The position numbers and the translations under genes are program-made. A stretch of 64,000 nucleotides of DNA from Octopus sinensis (taxonomy: Eukaryota). The stretch lies in NCBI RefSeq assembly GCF_006345805.1, contig NC_043022.1:5022001-5086000 (forward strand), in the 5' to 3' direction. The notes beneath the pieces are model-generated. The model was not told the DNA's origin. It searched no databases and was given only the letters and a program-made list of their open reading frames with translations. Positions 36,583 to 49,282 of this stretch are shown one piece after another. Position 1 is the first letter of the stretch, and every line of letters starts with the position of its first letter.

Positions 36583-37100
36583 ATACTAGCATTATCGCCT
36601 GGCGTTGCTTGGGTTTGTAAGGGAAATAACTATATAAGCATTTTTAGAGAGTTACTTCCCTTATAGATGCCAATTCGGGCTTTCTTAGCCATTTCTGTTT
36701 TGGTGTCTTCAAGCCATGAAGTCGTTGTTCTAAAAGAACGCTGGTCTCCTTGACAAACGCTTACGACGTTGATTTCCTTAAACTCCCTTCCCCACAGCTT
36801 CACGAGGGAGGGAAGAAGGGGGGAAAGCAAACAGGTGCAGGTGTTTGACCATGGACGCCAACTCCGCCGCCATGACACACGAAAAAATATGCATTAAAAT
36901 GGAATAAAAAATGATGTTAAATTATTTTTTAAATCGTAGACTCATCGTTGACGTGCGCTAATAGCCAGACGGGCTCGATATGAATCACGACTATAAGCTA
37001 CCCGAATTTGGTTAAACTGCACAGCAAAATGTGGGAGGAGTTAGGAATCTAAATCGTAGGAGACAGACACTCACACAACTACAGTTTTATATATATAGAT
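36583..37100 (+). mobile_element. Non-autonomous Helitron-like element
   Basis: Begins ATACTAGCATTATCGCCTGGCGTTGCTTGGG and ends ACAGACACTCACACAACTACAGTTTTATATATATAGAT, the terminal pattern of short invertebrate Helitron-derived repeats. Confidence 0.5.
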
Positions 37101-37399
37101 TTGCTTTGTGGGAGCAACTGTTATATGGAAAACATATCTTGTTGTGAAATGCTCGAAATACGAAGTAGAAAAACAGCCAACATCTGATGAAGGGTCGTTT
37201 TTTCATGTCACTTGTCTTGTTTTCCGTTTGTTTCTTTTGTTGTTCACAAAAAAAGTTCATATTCCATGGTTTTGTTTTTCGAATTTCATGTTGATGATGA
37301 TGATGTTGTTCATGTTCTGTGGTGTCTTGTGCCCATATATGCATGTAAATACAAATATATGTATGTACATATGTATGTGTATGTATGCATATATATTTA

Positions 37400-37805
37400 T
37401 ATGCAGGAGTGGCTGTGTGGTCAGTAGCTTGTTTACCAACCACATGGTTCCGGGTTCAGTCCCACTGCGTGGCACCTTGGGCAAATGTCTTTTACTATAG
37501 CCTCAGGCCGACCAAAGCCTTGATGGGATTGATTTGGTAGATGGAAACTGAAAGAAGCCCGTCATATATATGTATATATATATGCATGTGTGTGGTTTGT
37601 GTGTCTGTGTTTGTCCCCCTAGCATTGCTTGACAACCGATTGCTGGTGTGTTTATGTCCCCGTTAACTTAGCGTTCAGCAAAAGAGACCGATAGAATAAT
37701 ACTGGGCTTTCAAAAGAATAAGTCTCGGGTCGAGTTGCTCGATTAAAGGCGGTGCCAGCATGGCCGCAGTCAAATGACTGAAACAAGTAAAAGAGTAAAA
37801 GAGTA
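37400..37805 (+). mobile_element. SINE family A, full-length
   Basis: Complete head to GTAAAAGAG tail. Confidence 0.9.
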
Positions 37806-38809
37806 TATATATATATATATATTTTTTTTTATATACACACACACACACATCTTTACATGTATATATCTATATCTATATCCATATATAGACGATATAGATG
37901 TATATGTCTGTGTATATACATCTATATCTCTCTATATATGGATATAGATATAGATATATACATGTAAACATATTTACATACCATCCTGTATATATACGTT
38001 TTGTCTGGAGTGTTAAGAATTCTGCCAATTCCTCCCTTTATACATACACAGAATAAGGGTGCAGTCATAAAGGGCAGCTGCTATGCAGGCATGGCTGTTT
38101 CTTTCAAAATCAGGGAGGAAGTGAATATCTATGGACAACCGGCCGTAGCCAGCACCGCATCGACTGGTCTCCGTGCTGGTGGCACGTAACAAACACCATC
38201 CTATCGTGGCTGTGCCAGCCTCGCCTGGCCTCCGTGCCGGTGGCACGTAAAAAACACCATCCAAGCGTGGCCGTTCGCCAGCCTTTTCTGGCACTTGTGT
38301 CGGTAGTACGTAAAAAGCACCCACTACACTCACGGAGTGGTTGGCGTTAGGAAGGGCATCCAGCTGTAGAAACACCACCAGATCTGACTGGCCTGGTGCA
38401 GCCTTCGGGCTCCCCAGACCCCAGTTGAACCGTCCAACCCATGCCAGCATGGAAAAACGGACGTTAAACGATGATGATGATGATGTGATGATGATGATGA
38501 ACTGCTTCAAAACATGCAACTCTTCCATATACGTCAGGCTTCTTTCAGTTCCTGTCAACCAAATCCGCTTGCAAAGTTTTGGTCGGCCCGAGGCTATAAC
38601 AAAAGACACTTGCCCAAAGTGCCATGCAGTGGGACTGAACCTGGAACCATGTGGTTGAAAACAAGCTTCTCAAGCTCACAGCAACAGTTGTGCCTCTATA
38701 AGGATGTAAGTAATTCTAGAAGATGTACTTCGCTTCTTCCACAATTAGTTTGAACAAACTAGGCACAAGCGTGGCTCCGTGGTAAGAAGCTTGCATCCCA
38801 ACCACATCT

Positions 38810-38878
38810 CTCTGTCTGCCTGCCTGTTTGTCTGTCTACCTGTCTATCTATCTATCTATCTATCTATATATCTATCTT

Positions 38879-38948
<70 letters not shown>

Positions 38949-39046
38949 CGTCCGTCTGTCCGTCCGTCCGTCCGTCCGTCCGTCCGTCTATCTATCTATC
39001 TATCTATCTATCTGTCTATCTATCTGTCTATCTGTCTGTCTATCTA

Positions 39047-39122
<76 letters not shown>

Positions 39123-39199
39123 GTCTATCTATCTGTCTACCTGTCTATCTGTCTATCTATCTGTCTACCTGTCTATCTGTCTGTCTGTCTGTCTGTCTA

Positions 39200-39263
<64 letters not shown>

Positions 39264-39382
39264 CCTGTCTGTCTGTTTATCTATCTATCTATAATAATAA
39301 TGAAATTAATTGTATACAGTGCTCAGGTGCACCACAACTTGTCAGAAAGTGCATATAAAGTACATGCAGTAATGTAGAAATG

Positions 39383-39434
<52 letters not shown>

Positions 39435-39510
39435 CTTGCCTGTCTGTCTGCCTGCCTGTCTGTCTGCCTGTCTGTCCGTCGACTTGTCTGTCTGTCTGTC
39501 TATCTATTTA
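38810..39510. repeat. (GTCT)n/(GTCC)n/(ATCT)n microsatellite
   Basis: Visible directly. Confidence 0.95.
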
Positions 39511-40881
39511 TCTAATTTCTAAGAGGGATTTAGCAAGTCACACTCCGTCGTTTCTGTTCAGAAAATACACGGAAATGGTTTTAGGTAAGACTAGTCGAGT
39601 TTTTGTAAGCGTCCAGCTTCTTCTTCTCTCTCTTCCAGTCTGTAAGATGATAAACACCCAGCAATCGCCCTCCAAAGAAAAACAAAAGAAAACTTTCTCT
39701 TGATGACACAGCCTCCTGGCTGAAGCCGACCACATTACTCTTCTAAAATAAACAACACTGAAACGGCTTTCAATCAAGCTGACCTTTGACCGAGAAACAA
39801 CCGAAATCTATAATAGAATAGAATTAAAGAATTGCATTCTCCGACAAACCAATCTTTTAACAGAACTTCTTCCAGACGTGTCCCCCACCCCCCGCTTATC
39901 TCTGCTACTTTCATTGAAGTTTATTTCTCTCCTCCCACCACCTTCTGTCTTGTCTAGTTTTTTTCTTTTGCTTTCCTTTTATATTTTTCTTTCTCTTTAT
40001 CTTCCTCAACTTCTTTCTTGCTCTCTCCTCTTTCTCTCTCTCTCTCTCTCTATATATATTATATATATATATAGGTATGTATGTATGTATGTATGTATGT
40101 ATGTATGTATGTGTGTGTGTATGTGTGTGTGTATGTGTGTGTGTGTATGTGTGTATGTATGTATGTATGTATGTGTGTGTGTGTATGTGTGTGTGTGTAT
40201 GTATGTATGTGTGTATGTATGTATGTGTGTATGTATGTATGTATGTGTGTATGTATGTATGCATATATATCTATATCTCCCCCCCTCTCTCTCAGTCTTT
40301 GTCTGTCTGTCTGTCTGTCTCTTCCTGCTCTTCATTTGTCCTGTTTGTTATTTTAGTAACAACTTTTAGCCAAGGGGCTTCTTTATAATTCAGGAGTTTA
40401 AAATTAATTTAAAGACAACAACAATTTTTGACGATGATGTTGATGGTGACAACAACAACAACAACAACAGCAGCAGCAACAATGAAAATGAAAGTTCTGA
40501 TTAGAAGAAAAAAAATTTCTAGTTAATGTTGAAATTATTTAATCAAAATAGTTTTAGGGAAAAACAGTTAGAAAAATATTTATGGATTTCTTGTTGTGGT
40601 GGTTGTTGTTGTTGCTGCTGCTATTGTCACTTAATGTAAAATGACCCCAAGTTAGATTTAACCGCATAATGTTAAGTACAACCACCCCACTACACATGTA
40701 CGTATGTAATATGTATAATAATAATAATAATGATAATATAATAATAATAACAACAACAACAACAACAACAAGAGAAGCGTACATGCACACACAGACATAT
40801 AATGTATAATATACGTTTTTAAGTACATATAATAAGTATTTGATTATATGCATGTGCATGTGTGTGTATGTGTGTGTGTGT

Positions 40882-40949
<68 letters not shown>

Positions 40950-41148
40950 TTGTTAAAAACGGTAAGATAACAAAAGAAAGAAAGAGACCTCAATATATGT
41001 AAATAGAGGAAATTTATCTATAAAATAACATGTTACAATTACTCAATAGTCAAGATAAAACTCTGAGTTTCAGATGCCGAAGTGGAAATCCACAACACCA
41101 TTACTTCGGTTATCTGGCCATCTGAAAAAAACGCTATGAAAAAATACC

Positions 41149-41375
41149 TATTTCTTTATTACCCACTAGGGGCTAAACATAGAGGAGACAAACATGGACA
41201 GACGTAGGTATTAAGTCGATTATATCGACCCCAGTGCTTAACTGGTACTTAATTTATCGACCCCGAAAGGATGAAAGGCAAAGTCAACCTCGGCGGAATT
41301 TGAACTCACAACGTAACGGCAGCCGAAATACCGCTAAGCATTTCGCCCGACGTGCTAACGATTCTGCTAAATACC
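41149..41375 (-). mobile_element. SINE family D inserted in the PLE pseudo-LTR
   Basis: Flanked by AAATACC duplication. The empty site AAAAATACCGTTAT is in the other pseudo-LTR at ~44672. Confidence 0.85.
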
Positions 41376-42207
41376 GTTATATAAAGGGAAATTACTGTGT
41401 TATAATTCTGCTACTTATATAAAATAAGATTAAAATTTCATAGTAAACACGTAAACATGGCTAGTCATACGCTCACATGTGCGCTTGCGGACCCACGTGC
41501 ATACTTATACGTCACTATGAAAACGTACACATCTTCACTCGCATTTTTTGCCAAATATATACGCATATATATACGAACTCATACACACACACATGTGTAC
41601 CGTAAAAGTTCATATATACGTCTATATACGCACAAAGACAAGAAAAACCATGGTTAAAGGTAACAGAAAAAAACATAAGGAAGTATAGAAAGCATAAAAA
41701 CCACGTTCATATACGGACATGCCCTTATGCACTCATACACGCACACGCCCATATATGTACATACCCGCACATGTTTATATACGCATACACACACATGCAT
41801 ATACAAAAAATGAATATACATATGCCCCCCCCCCCAAAAAAAACCCCTTAAAAAATGGAAAAATATTAAGTAAAAACGTCTATATATATATGCATTCTTA
41901 TACCCGCACACACGCACACATCTAAAACTGCCCACTCATACATATTCACACACGTGTACAAATGAATCTATATACATGTGTATATAGGCACAGGAAAAAA
42001 TGCAGGATAGAAAAGTACAGAAAAAATATTATGTGTGAAAATATAAAAATATAGTGAGATGTACTCACATAGCAAGTAATTTGATCTGAGATCATGTGCT
42101 GAAACGAAAACAATTGCAGCGTGGAAGGTGTTTATAAAAATATAGGAAATAATAAAAGGTATAATGAAATAAAAAAACTTTTTGGGACATAATATAGAAA
42201 GCAAGTT

Positions 42208-44379
42208 CTATCTGTTTTCTTTAGGGGACCAAAAACGTAACAAAAATTTTGTCACATGTGGGCATGATCCGAAAAGTTCTGTCCTTGAGTTTAGACATGT
42301 AGTAGGGTCTAAGCTGCTTTTCCAGATAAGCCATCTCTCCATGTCGCATAGACTGCACTTTCCGCTGCCGTTGGTGTAGGGCTTACATTTGGCCAAAATC
42401 TTCCAATGGATGTTATAATCGACACCTTTATCTTTTAAAGACCAAATATGATTAGATAATTTTGTCGCTTTTCTTTTGTTCCAGTGCCTAAAACTCAAGG
42501 TGTGGTTATTGAACCTGGCCTTGAATTTCCCTCTGTAAGGGCCCACATATTTTTTGTCGAAACGGTGTCTTTAGTGGTTATATAGAGTTTACGGTGCTTC
42601 ATAGATGATGGTCTCGGACATACAAGCTCCATTTAGCGGGCACAATTTTTTATTCCTGCATAAACAGCTGTTTTCTTGTTGTGGTTTTGTGTGTTATGTG
42701 TGATTATATTTTTAAAATTGGTAGTTGAACTAAAACTAATTTTTAAATTGTGTTTATTGAAGAGTTTCCTATAAGTATGGTTAACTGGAAATTGTCTATC
42801 TATCAGTGTTAAAGAAATATTTACCTATATTGAAGGTCACCTCGGGTGAGTCAGGGGGTGTAAACCAGATGATCTTCCTATTTCTATTTGTCCTCTTCTT
42901 TACTGTTGGGCTAGTAACAGGTGTATATTTTATTTTTTCGCTAAAACCACTATCTTTTAAAGCCTTATTATAAACTGGGGCAACGCTATTAAAAATGTTC
43001 TTATTGGAGGAGAGGCTAGAAATTCTCTTAATAATATTTTAAACTAAATTTTTGAATACTATAGGGGGATGGCATGAACCTACATTAATATAACTAAGTT
43101 TATCATTGGGCTTCCTATAAGGCTTACAAATATGCTTATTTAGATCTTAGGAAACTTCTAGGAAATTGACAACCGTCAGGTTAGTATCTATAGTTATACT
43201 AAGTCCGAAGTATTTCATTAATTGGATAATATCCTTCCTAAAACGATCCTGTGCTGGTCCATTTGTATTAGCGGTTAAAGCGAGGGCATCATCTTCATAG
43301 ATGGCGAAATATACGTCAGGAAGTGTCTTACCTAAAGTATCTAGGAGAAAAAATCCAATAAGATCGCAAATGCCTGCTCCATCATATGACCCCATGCTCA
43401 CATCGAAAGCACCCTCTGTGTCGGTATTTTTGACCCACTTTGCGTTCTCACTGAAAAGTAAGGTCTTTCTAGCATGGAAGATTATGGCCTTATCATTTGT
43501 ACTGATTTCTATGAAATCACTAGCGAAGACGAGGGCTTTATCTAGCAGTTCTTTAGAGATAGAGGCATAAAAATCAACAATATCGAATTGTGTAAACCTT
43601 GCTTTTTTCTTATTCTTAATGGCTTTAAACCAGTTTATGACTTCTATACTATTGGACCATTGTACTAGCCTAGTAGCGGTCTTAATTTTCGCATTTATTT
43701 TATCTAAAATTTCTTTACTAATAATCCCAAGTTCTGACTTAGTTGGGTTGATAAGCCTATATTTAGGGTTGGAAAGGAAGTTCTCTTTGTGGTCTTTAAT
43801 TGAAGTTCTCTTTGTGGTCTTTAATTGAAGTTCTCTTTGTGGTCTTTAATTGTAATGAAAGCCTCTTTTTGGGGAAGGACTTCTATTTTTTTTATCTAAT
43901 TTAAGTTTAGCAGCGATAACGCTAGCTTCTTTATTAATTTCATTATATGTCTGTGGCCTAGCCTTAGTGTAATGATGCTGTTGTGTAAGAGTTGTGTATA
44001 TTTGCTGTTATCTACCAGGTATAAGTTCTTGGTTTTATCGAAAAAAGTGCTTTTTTCTTGGAGCTTTTTATATGTTTTATATCTTTTTTCAATTTATGTT
44101 GGAAATTGTTAAAAGTCTTACGAAATTTTATTTTATTCATAAGTTTCAGTAGGTCTGCTTCGAAATCTTCCAAGCCTTTAATCCTGGGAGGGAATTTTTT
44201 GGATTTTATACGATAGAAAATGTTTTCCGTCGTGTCCGCTTCTGTATCGAAAAAGAAAGCCTTCCATCTCATACGCTAATTAGATCAGTAATTTTCTGTA
44301 GAATTTCTTAGAGTAAAAATCCTTTAACTTTAATGGATCGGTATATTTTTCATAGAATAATCTATGTGAATGCATCCAT
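42208..44379 (-). pseudogene. PLE polyprotein (RT + GIY-YIG endonuclease), frameshifted
   Basis: Motifs in order: RMRWKAFFF; FITIKDHKENF..NPKYRLINPTKSELG; SMGSYDGA; IYEDD (YxDD); NFLEV; CLCRNKKLCPLNGAC; IIYEA...YVG; FKARFNNH; CSLCDMER...LNSRTELFGSCPH. Confidence 0.9.
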
Positions 44380-45203
44380 ATTAAATTCTTCTGTGTGTGA
44401 GAGTCCTCAACCGATGTTAGGCGATAATCCAAAAAGCCGTATTAGCTCTTAGTTGAGAATAACGTCGTCCGGGAGGTGATTATATTTGGTAAAACGGTAA
44501 GATAACAAAAGAAAAAAGAGCCTCAATATTATGTAAATAGAGGAAATTTATCTATAAAATATATGTTACAATTACTCAATAGTCAAGAGATAACTCTGAG
44601 TTTCAGATGCCGAAGTGGAAATCCACAATACCATCTCTTCGGTTTTCTGGCCATCTGAAAAACGCTATGAAAAAATACCGTTATATAAAGGGAAATTACT
44701 GTGTTATAATTCTGCTACTTATATAAATAAGATTAAATTTCATAGTAAACACTAAACATGGCTAGTCATACGCTCACATGTGCGCTCGCGGGCCCACGTG
44801 CGTACTTATACGTCACTATGAAAACGTACACATCTTCACTCGCATTTTTTGCCAAATATATACGCATAGATATACGAACTCATACACCACACACATGTTA
44901 CCGTAAAAGTTCATATATACGTCTATATACGCACAAACACAAGAAAAACACCATGGTTAAAGGTAACAGAAAAAAACATAAGGAAGTATAGAAGCATAAA
45001 AACCACGTTCATATACGGACATGCCCTTATGCACTCATATACGCACACACCCATATATGTACATACCCGCACATGTTTATATACGCATACACACACACGC
45101 ATATACAAAAAATGAATATGCATATGCCCCCGCCAACCGAGTATTATGAATGAAAAAATACTAAGTAAAAACGTCTTCTTTCTTTTGTTATCTTACCGTT
45201 TTT

Positions 45204-45248
<45 letters not shown>

Positions 45249-45735
45249 TACATATATACATACATACATACATAAGTGCAGGAGTGGCTGTGAGGTAAGA
45301 AGCTTGCTTCCCAATCGCATGCTTCCAGGTTAAGTCCTACTATGTGGCACCTTGAGCAAGTGTCTTCTACTATAGCCTCGAGTCGACCAAAGCTTTGTGA
45401 GTGTATTTGGTAGATGGAAACTGAAAGAATCCTGTTGTATATAATATATATATATATGTTTGTATGCATATCTTCGTGTGTCTGTGTTTGTCTCCCCCAC
45501 TATCGCTTGACAACCGATGTTGGTGTGTTTACATCCCCATAACTTCCCTTTTTGGCAAAGGTGACCGATAGAATAAGTACTATTTGTTTGACTAAAGGTG
45601 GTGCTCCAGTATGGCCGGAGTCAAAGGACTGAACCAAGTGAAAGAATAAAAGAATATATAGATTTTCATATATGCTTATATATATTTATAAGCATATATA
45701 ATTGTATGTAAGTATATTAATATGTGTGTGTGTGA

Positions 45736-45793
<58 letters not shown>

Positions 45794-46770
45794 ATATATG
45801 CATATATATCATCATCATCATCATCCTTTAGCATCCGTTTTTCCATGCTGGCATGAGTTGGACAGTCTGACTGGAACTGGTAAGTTGGAGAGCTACACCA
45901 GGTTCCAGTCTGTTTTAGCTTCGTTTTTATGGCTGGATGCCCTTCCTCATGCCAACCACTCCACAGAGCATTCTGGATACCTTTAATGTGTCACTGGTAC
46001 AAGTATATACACATGTGGCTGTGTGGTAAGAAGCTTGCTTGTTCACCACATGGTTCCGGGTTCAATTCCACTGTGTGGTACGCTGGGCAGGTGTATTTTT
46101 GTTTACAGTCTTGGGCCAACCATACCTTTTGGGTGGATTTGATAGATGGAAACTAAAAGAAGCCCATCATATATAAATGTGTGTGTTTGTGTGTGTGTAT
46201 TTGTCCGTCTGCCATTGCTTGACAACCAATGCTGGTGTGTTTATGTCCCCATAACTTAGTGGTTCAGCAAAAAAAGTCTGATAGAGTAAGTCCTGGGCTC
46301 AATTTCTTTGACTATAATCCTTTAAGGTGGTTCTCCAGCATGGCCATAGTCAAATGACCGAAACAAGTGAAAAAATAAAAGAATACACAGGTAGGGGCAA
46401 TTACAGTAGACAAAGCGATTGTGTCATTTGTTCCCTACATATGTTTCACTGTTGTGGGTGCTTGAAACCTCTACCTTGAATGTGCAATTGGATGTCATGT
46501 AATCACAACGAATCATCAGGCAACAACACTTTATTGCATTATATTACAGAAAACATCCAGTGCAGAGTTCGAAATGACCACAATGGCGAAACATATGTAG
46601 GAACAAAGGATATAAACTTTTATAAAGTTTTTATCATAATTTCTCCTACATTTGCTCTATATACCATAACTAGTAATACTAATAATTATAGTAGTTGCTT
46701 AACGATTAAATTGGAAGTAGACTGGATTATGGTAATCTACATGGACTTCTAAATCGAACAGTAGAAGTTG

Positions 46771-48061
46771 TATTAGGTTATCTCATAAATAATGCAGTTT
46801 TTTTTATATATAGTAGCATATATATATATATGATATAAATAATGTGGATTTTTATAATTCTTTTATTTTTCAGAATTAAGATAAACAAAGTTCTTTTAAA
46901 ATCTAAAGTATACTCTCCCTTATTTTCTACAATGTTCTTCCATCTATCTGGTAGACTTGCAAGGCCCCTCTTCCAAAATTCACTTGTCCATGATGAAAAA
47001 TACTTCTCCAGTACTGTTCTGATTTTGTCTACAGAATTCATATTTTTTCCGTCCAAGTGATTTTGAAGTCTGTGGAATATATGATATTCAGATGGGGCAA
47101 TGTCCAGCAAATATGGTGGGTGGGGCATCGTTTCCCATTCAAACTACTCCAGCCTTTGGAATGTCATCCTCACTTTATGTGGCCGAGTATTATCCTGATG
47201 GAAGAACACCTTTTGTCTTGAAACCAAAGATGGTCATTTCTCTTCTAGCACTGATTTAAGCCGCTCAAGCTCCTTGCAGTAGATTTTCTTTGTTAACATT
47301 TAGTTTGGGTTTAAAAGTTCAAAGTGGACTAAACCTTTCATATTCCACCAAACAGATAACAACACCTTACGTGGGTGAAGACCTCCTTTAGCCTGGGGTG
47401 CTGGTGTTTCTCCTTTCCCTACCCACTGTCTTCAGCGCTTGACACATTTTTATAGAGAACCCATTTCTCGTCACCAGTCACTATTTGGTACAAAAAAAGG
47501 GTCATTCATGAGAGATGTCAGCGAAGAAGAGCACAAATTCACTCTCTGCACACGATTAGACTTGGAAAGTTTGTGAGGAACCCATTGACCCAATTTGCTG
47601 ACTTTTCCAATGGCAGGCAGGTGTCAATGAATGGTTGAATGACCAAATCCAAGCTTCTCTGCTACTTCCCTAACAGTTATGATGGGATTTTGTTCCACCA
47701 GGCTTTGCAGGACATTCTCATTGAGCTCAACAGGTCTTCCTGGATGTGGCCCATCTTCTAGGCTGTAGTTTCCAGCTCGGAATTTCTGGAACCACCGTTG
47801 ATACTGGCTTACACTTATTGTCTGATCCCTGTATACTACATTAATATTCCTTGCATTTTCCGTTTTGTTGTTGCCTTTATTGAACTCATAAAGCAAAATA
47901 TGCCAAATATGCTCCTTTGTCACTTCCATTATAGCTTTGGAAATTATAACTGTTAAAATCGAACGGCACTCTTTGAAACTTTCACTGAGAATAAGTGCAA
48001 GGTAAAATTACTAGTTTATGCTGTCCCCCTCTGATGGCATTATTTATGGGATGACCCAATA
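46771..48061 (-). mobile_element. Full-length decayed mariner transposon
   Basis: TIRs TATTAGGTTATCTCATAAATAATGC and its near reverse complement. ORF pieces MEVTKEHIWHILLYEF..., VTGDEKW, HQDNTRPH and HPPYLLDIAPSEYHIF. Confidence 0.9.
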
Positions 48062-48993
48062 CATCTGACTGTACACACAAAATAAACTAAAATGTTGAGG
48101 GTGGTGAGCTGGCAGAATCATTAGCAGGCCAGGAAAAATGCTTGGCAGCATTTCATCTGTCTTTATGTTCTGAGTTCAAATTCTGCTGAGGTTGGCTTTG
48201 CCTATCATCCTTTCGGGGTCAATAGAAAAAATACCGGTTGATGACTGGCATCAATCTACTCAACATACCCCTTCACCGAAATTGCTGGCCTTGTGCAAAA
48301 AACTTGAAAGCAATATATACTTTATTGAATATGAAGGGGTGTTGAAATGTTCCGGGTTTTGGAGAAAATGGATGTTAAATGATGATGATGATGATGACAC
48401 TTAAAGAAGTAAACATGAATGTATACCTGTGAAAATATAATGTGGAGCTGAGGCAGCCTACCCTGTTGTGTGTGTGGTGTGTGTGTGTGTGGTGTGTGTA
48501 TATATATATATATATATATGTATGTATTATATTCTTTTATTATCTTACTCCTTTATTTGGAGCATCACATTTAGTTGAACAAATCAACCCCAGTACCGAT
48601 TCTATTGGTCTCTTTTGCCGAACCACTAAGTTACAGGGACATAAACACACCAACAGAAGTCGTCAAATATCAAACGATGGTGTGGAAACAAACACACACA
48701 TATATGCATATATATGACAGGCTTCTTTCAGTTTCTGTCTACCAAATCTACTCACAAATCTTTGATCAGCCCAAGGCTATAGTAGAAGACACTTGCCCAA
48801 GGTGCCACGGAGTGGGACTGAACCTGGCAAGCTTCTTACCACACAGCCACAGGAAATGTTTAAAATATGCAAATAAAGCTCCTATTCTGCTATGATGACC
48901 ATGTCTATTGATGCTGACTGGTATATATATATATTACATAGATGTACTTGCATAGCGAGTGACTTGATCTGAGATCATGTGCTGAAACGAAAA

Positions 48994-49282
48994 CAATTGC
49001 AGCATGGAAGGTGTTTGTAAGCCATTTAAGAAACACACAAAAACTGTTAGATTCACTTCAACATTTAAATTTCATTTGTCAAAATATTTTCGTCGCTTTG
49101 AGACCGCACCTGTTCACTGACAAAGCTTCATGCTGAGATGCAGCACAAAGCTTTGTCAGTGAACAGGTTGCGGCTCAAAGCGACGAAAATATTTTGACAA
49201 ATGAAATTTAAATGTTGAAGTGAATCGAACGGTTTTTGTGTGTTTCTTAAATGGCTTACAAACACCTCCCACGCTGCAATTG
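48994..49282. repeat. ~290 bp inverted-repeat hairpin, each arm with a G3:C8-variant HHR-like fold
   Basis: Arms nearly identical. TTTGTCA GTGAACA G GTTGC...GCGAC GAAA ATAT TT TGACAAA at 49152-49201, with the mirror at 49075-49124. Confidence 0.85.

Larger units (their letters stand above)
40948..45210 (-). mobile_element. Full-length decayed Penelope-like element with pseudo-LTRs and inverted tail
   Basis: Direct repeats at 40956-41880 and 44491-45175. A 35-bp inverted tail at 45176-45210 matches 40948-40982. RT plus C-terminal GIY-YIG lie between, and both ends are in (TA)n. Confidence 0.9.

Noticed and set aside
37151-37195. Possible type-II hammerhead (GCTC GAAAT ACGAA GTA ... CTGATGA AGGGT)
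   Set aside because: No stem I hairpin, weak stem III, and the related repeat at ~61600-61660 does not keep the CTGATGA.
39524-39703. Splice-like signals (TAG|GTAAGA; polypyrimidine-CAG) in unique sequence
   Set aside because: The implied intron is only ~53 nt and reading frames are ambiguous, so there is insufficient support without RNA data.
43777-43851. Short exact direct repeats resembling a CRISPR array (also 21254-21311 and ~61750-61850)
   Set aside because: No spacers between repeats, no cas genes, and a eukaryotic context.
46550-46610. Peptide NIQCRVRNDHNGETYVGTK resembling a kringle start
   Set aside because: The following residues lack the expected T.SG..CQ.W and no convincing donor preserves the motif.
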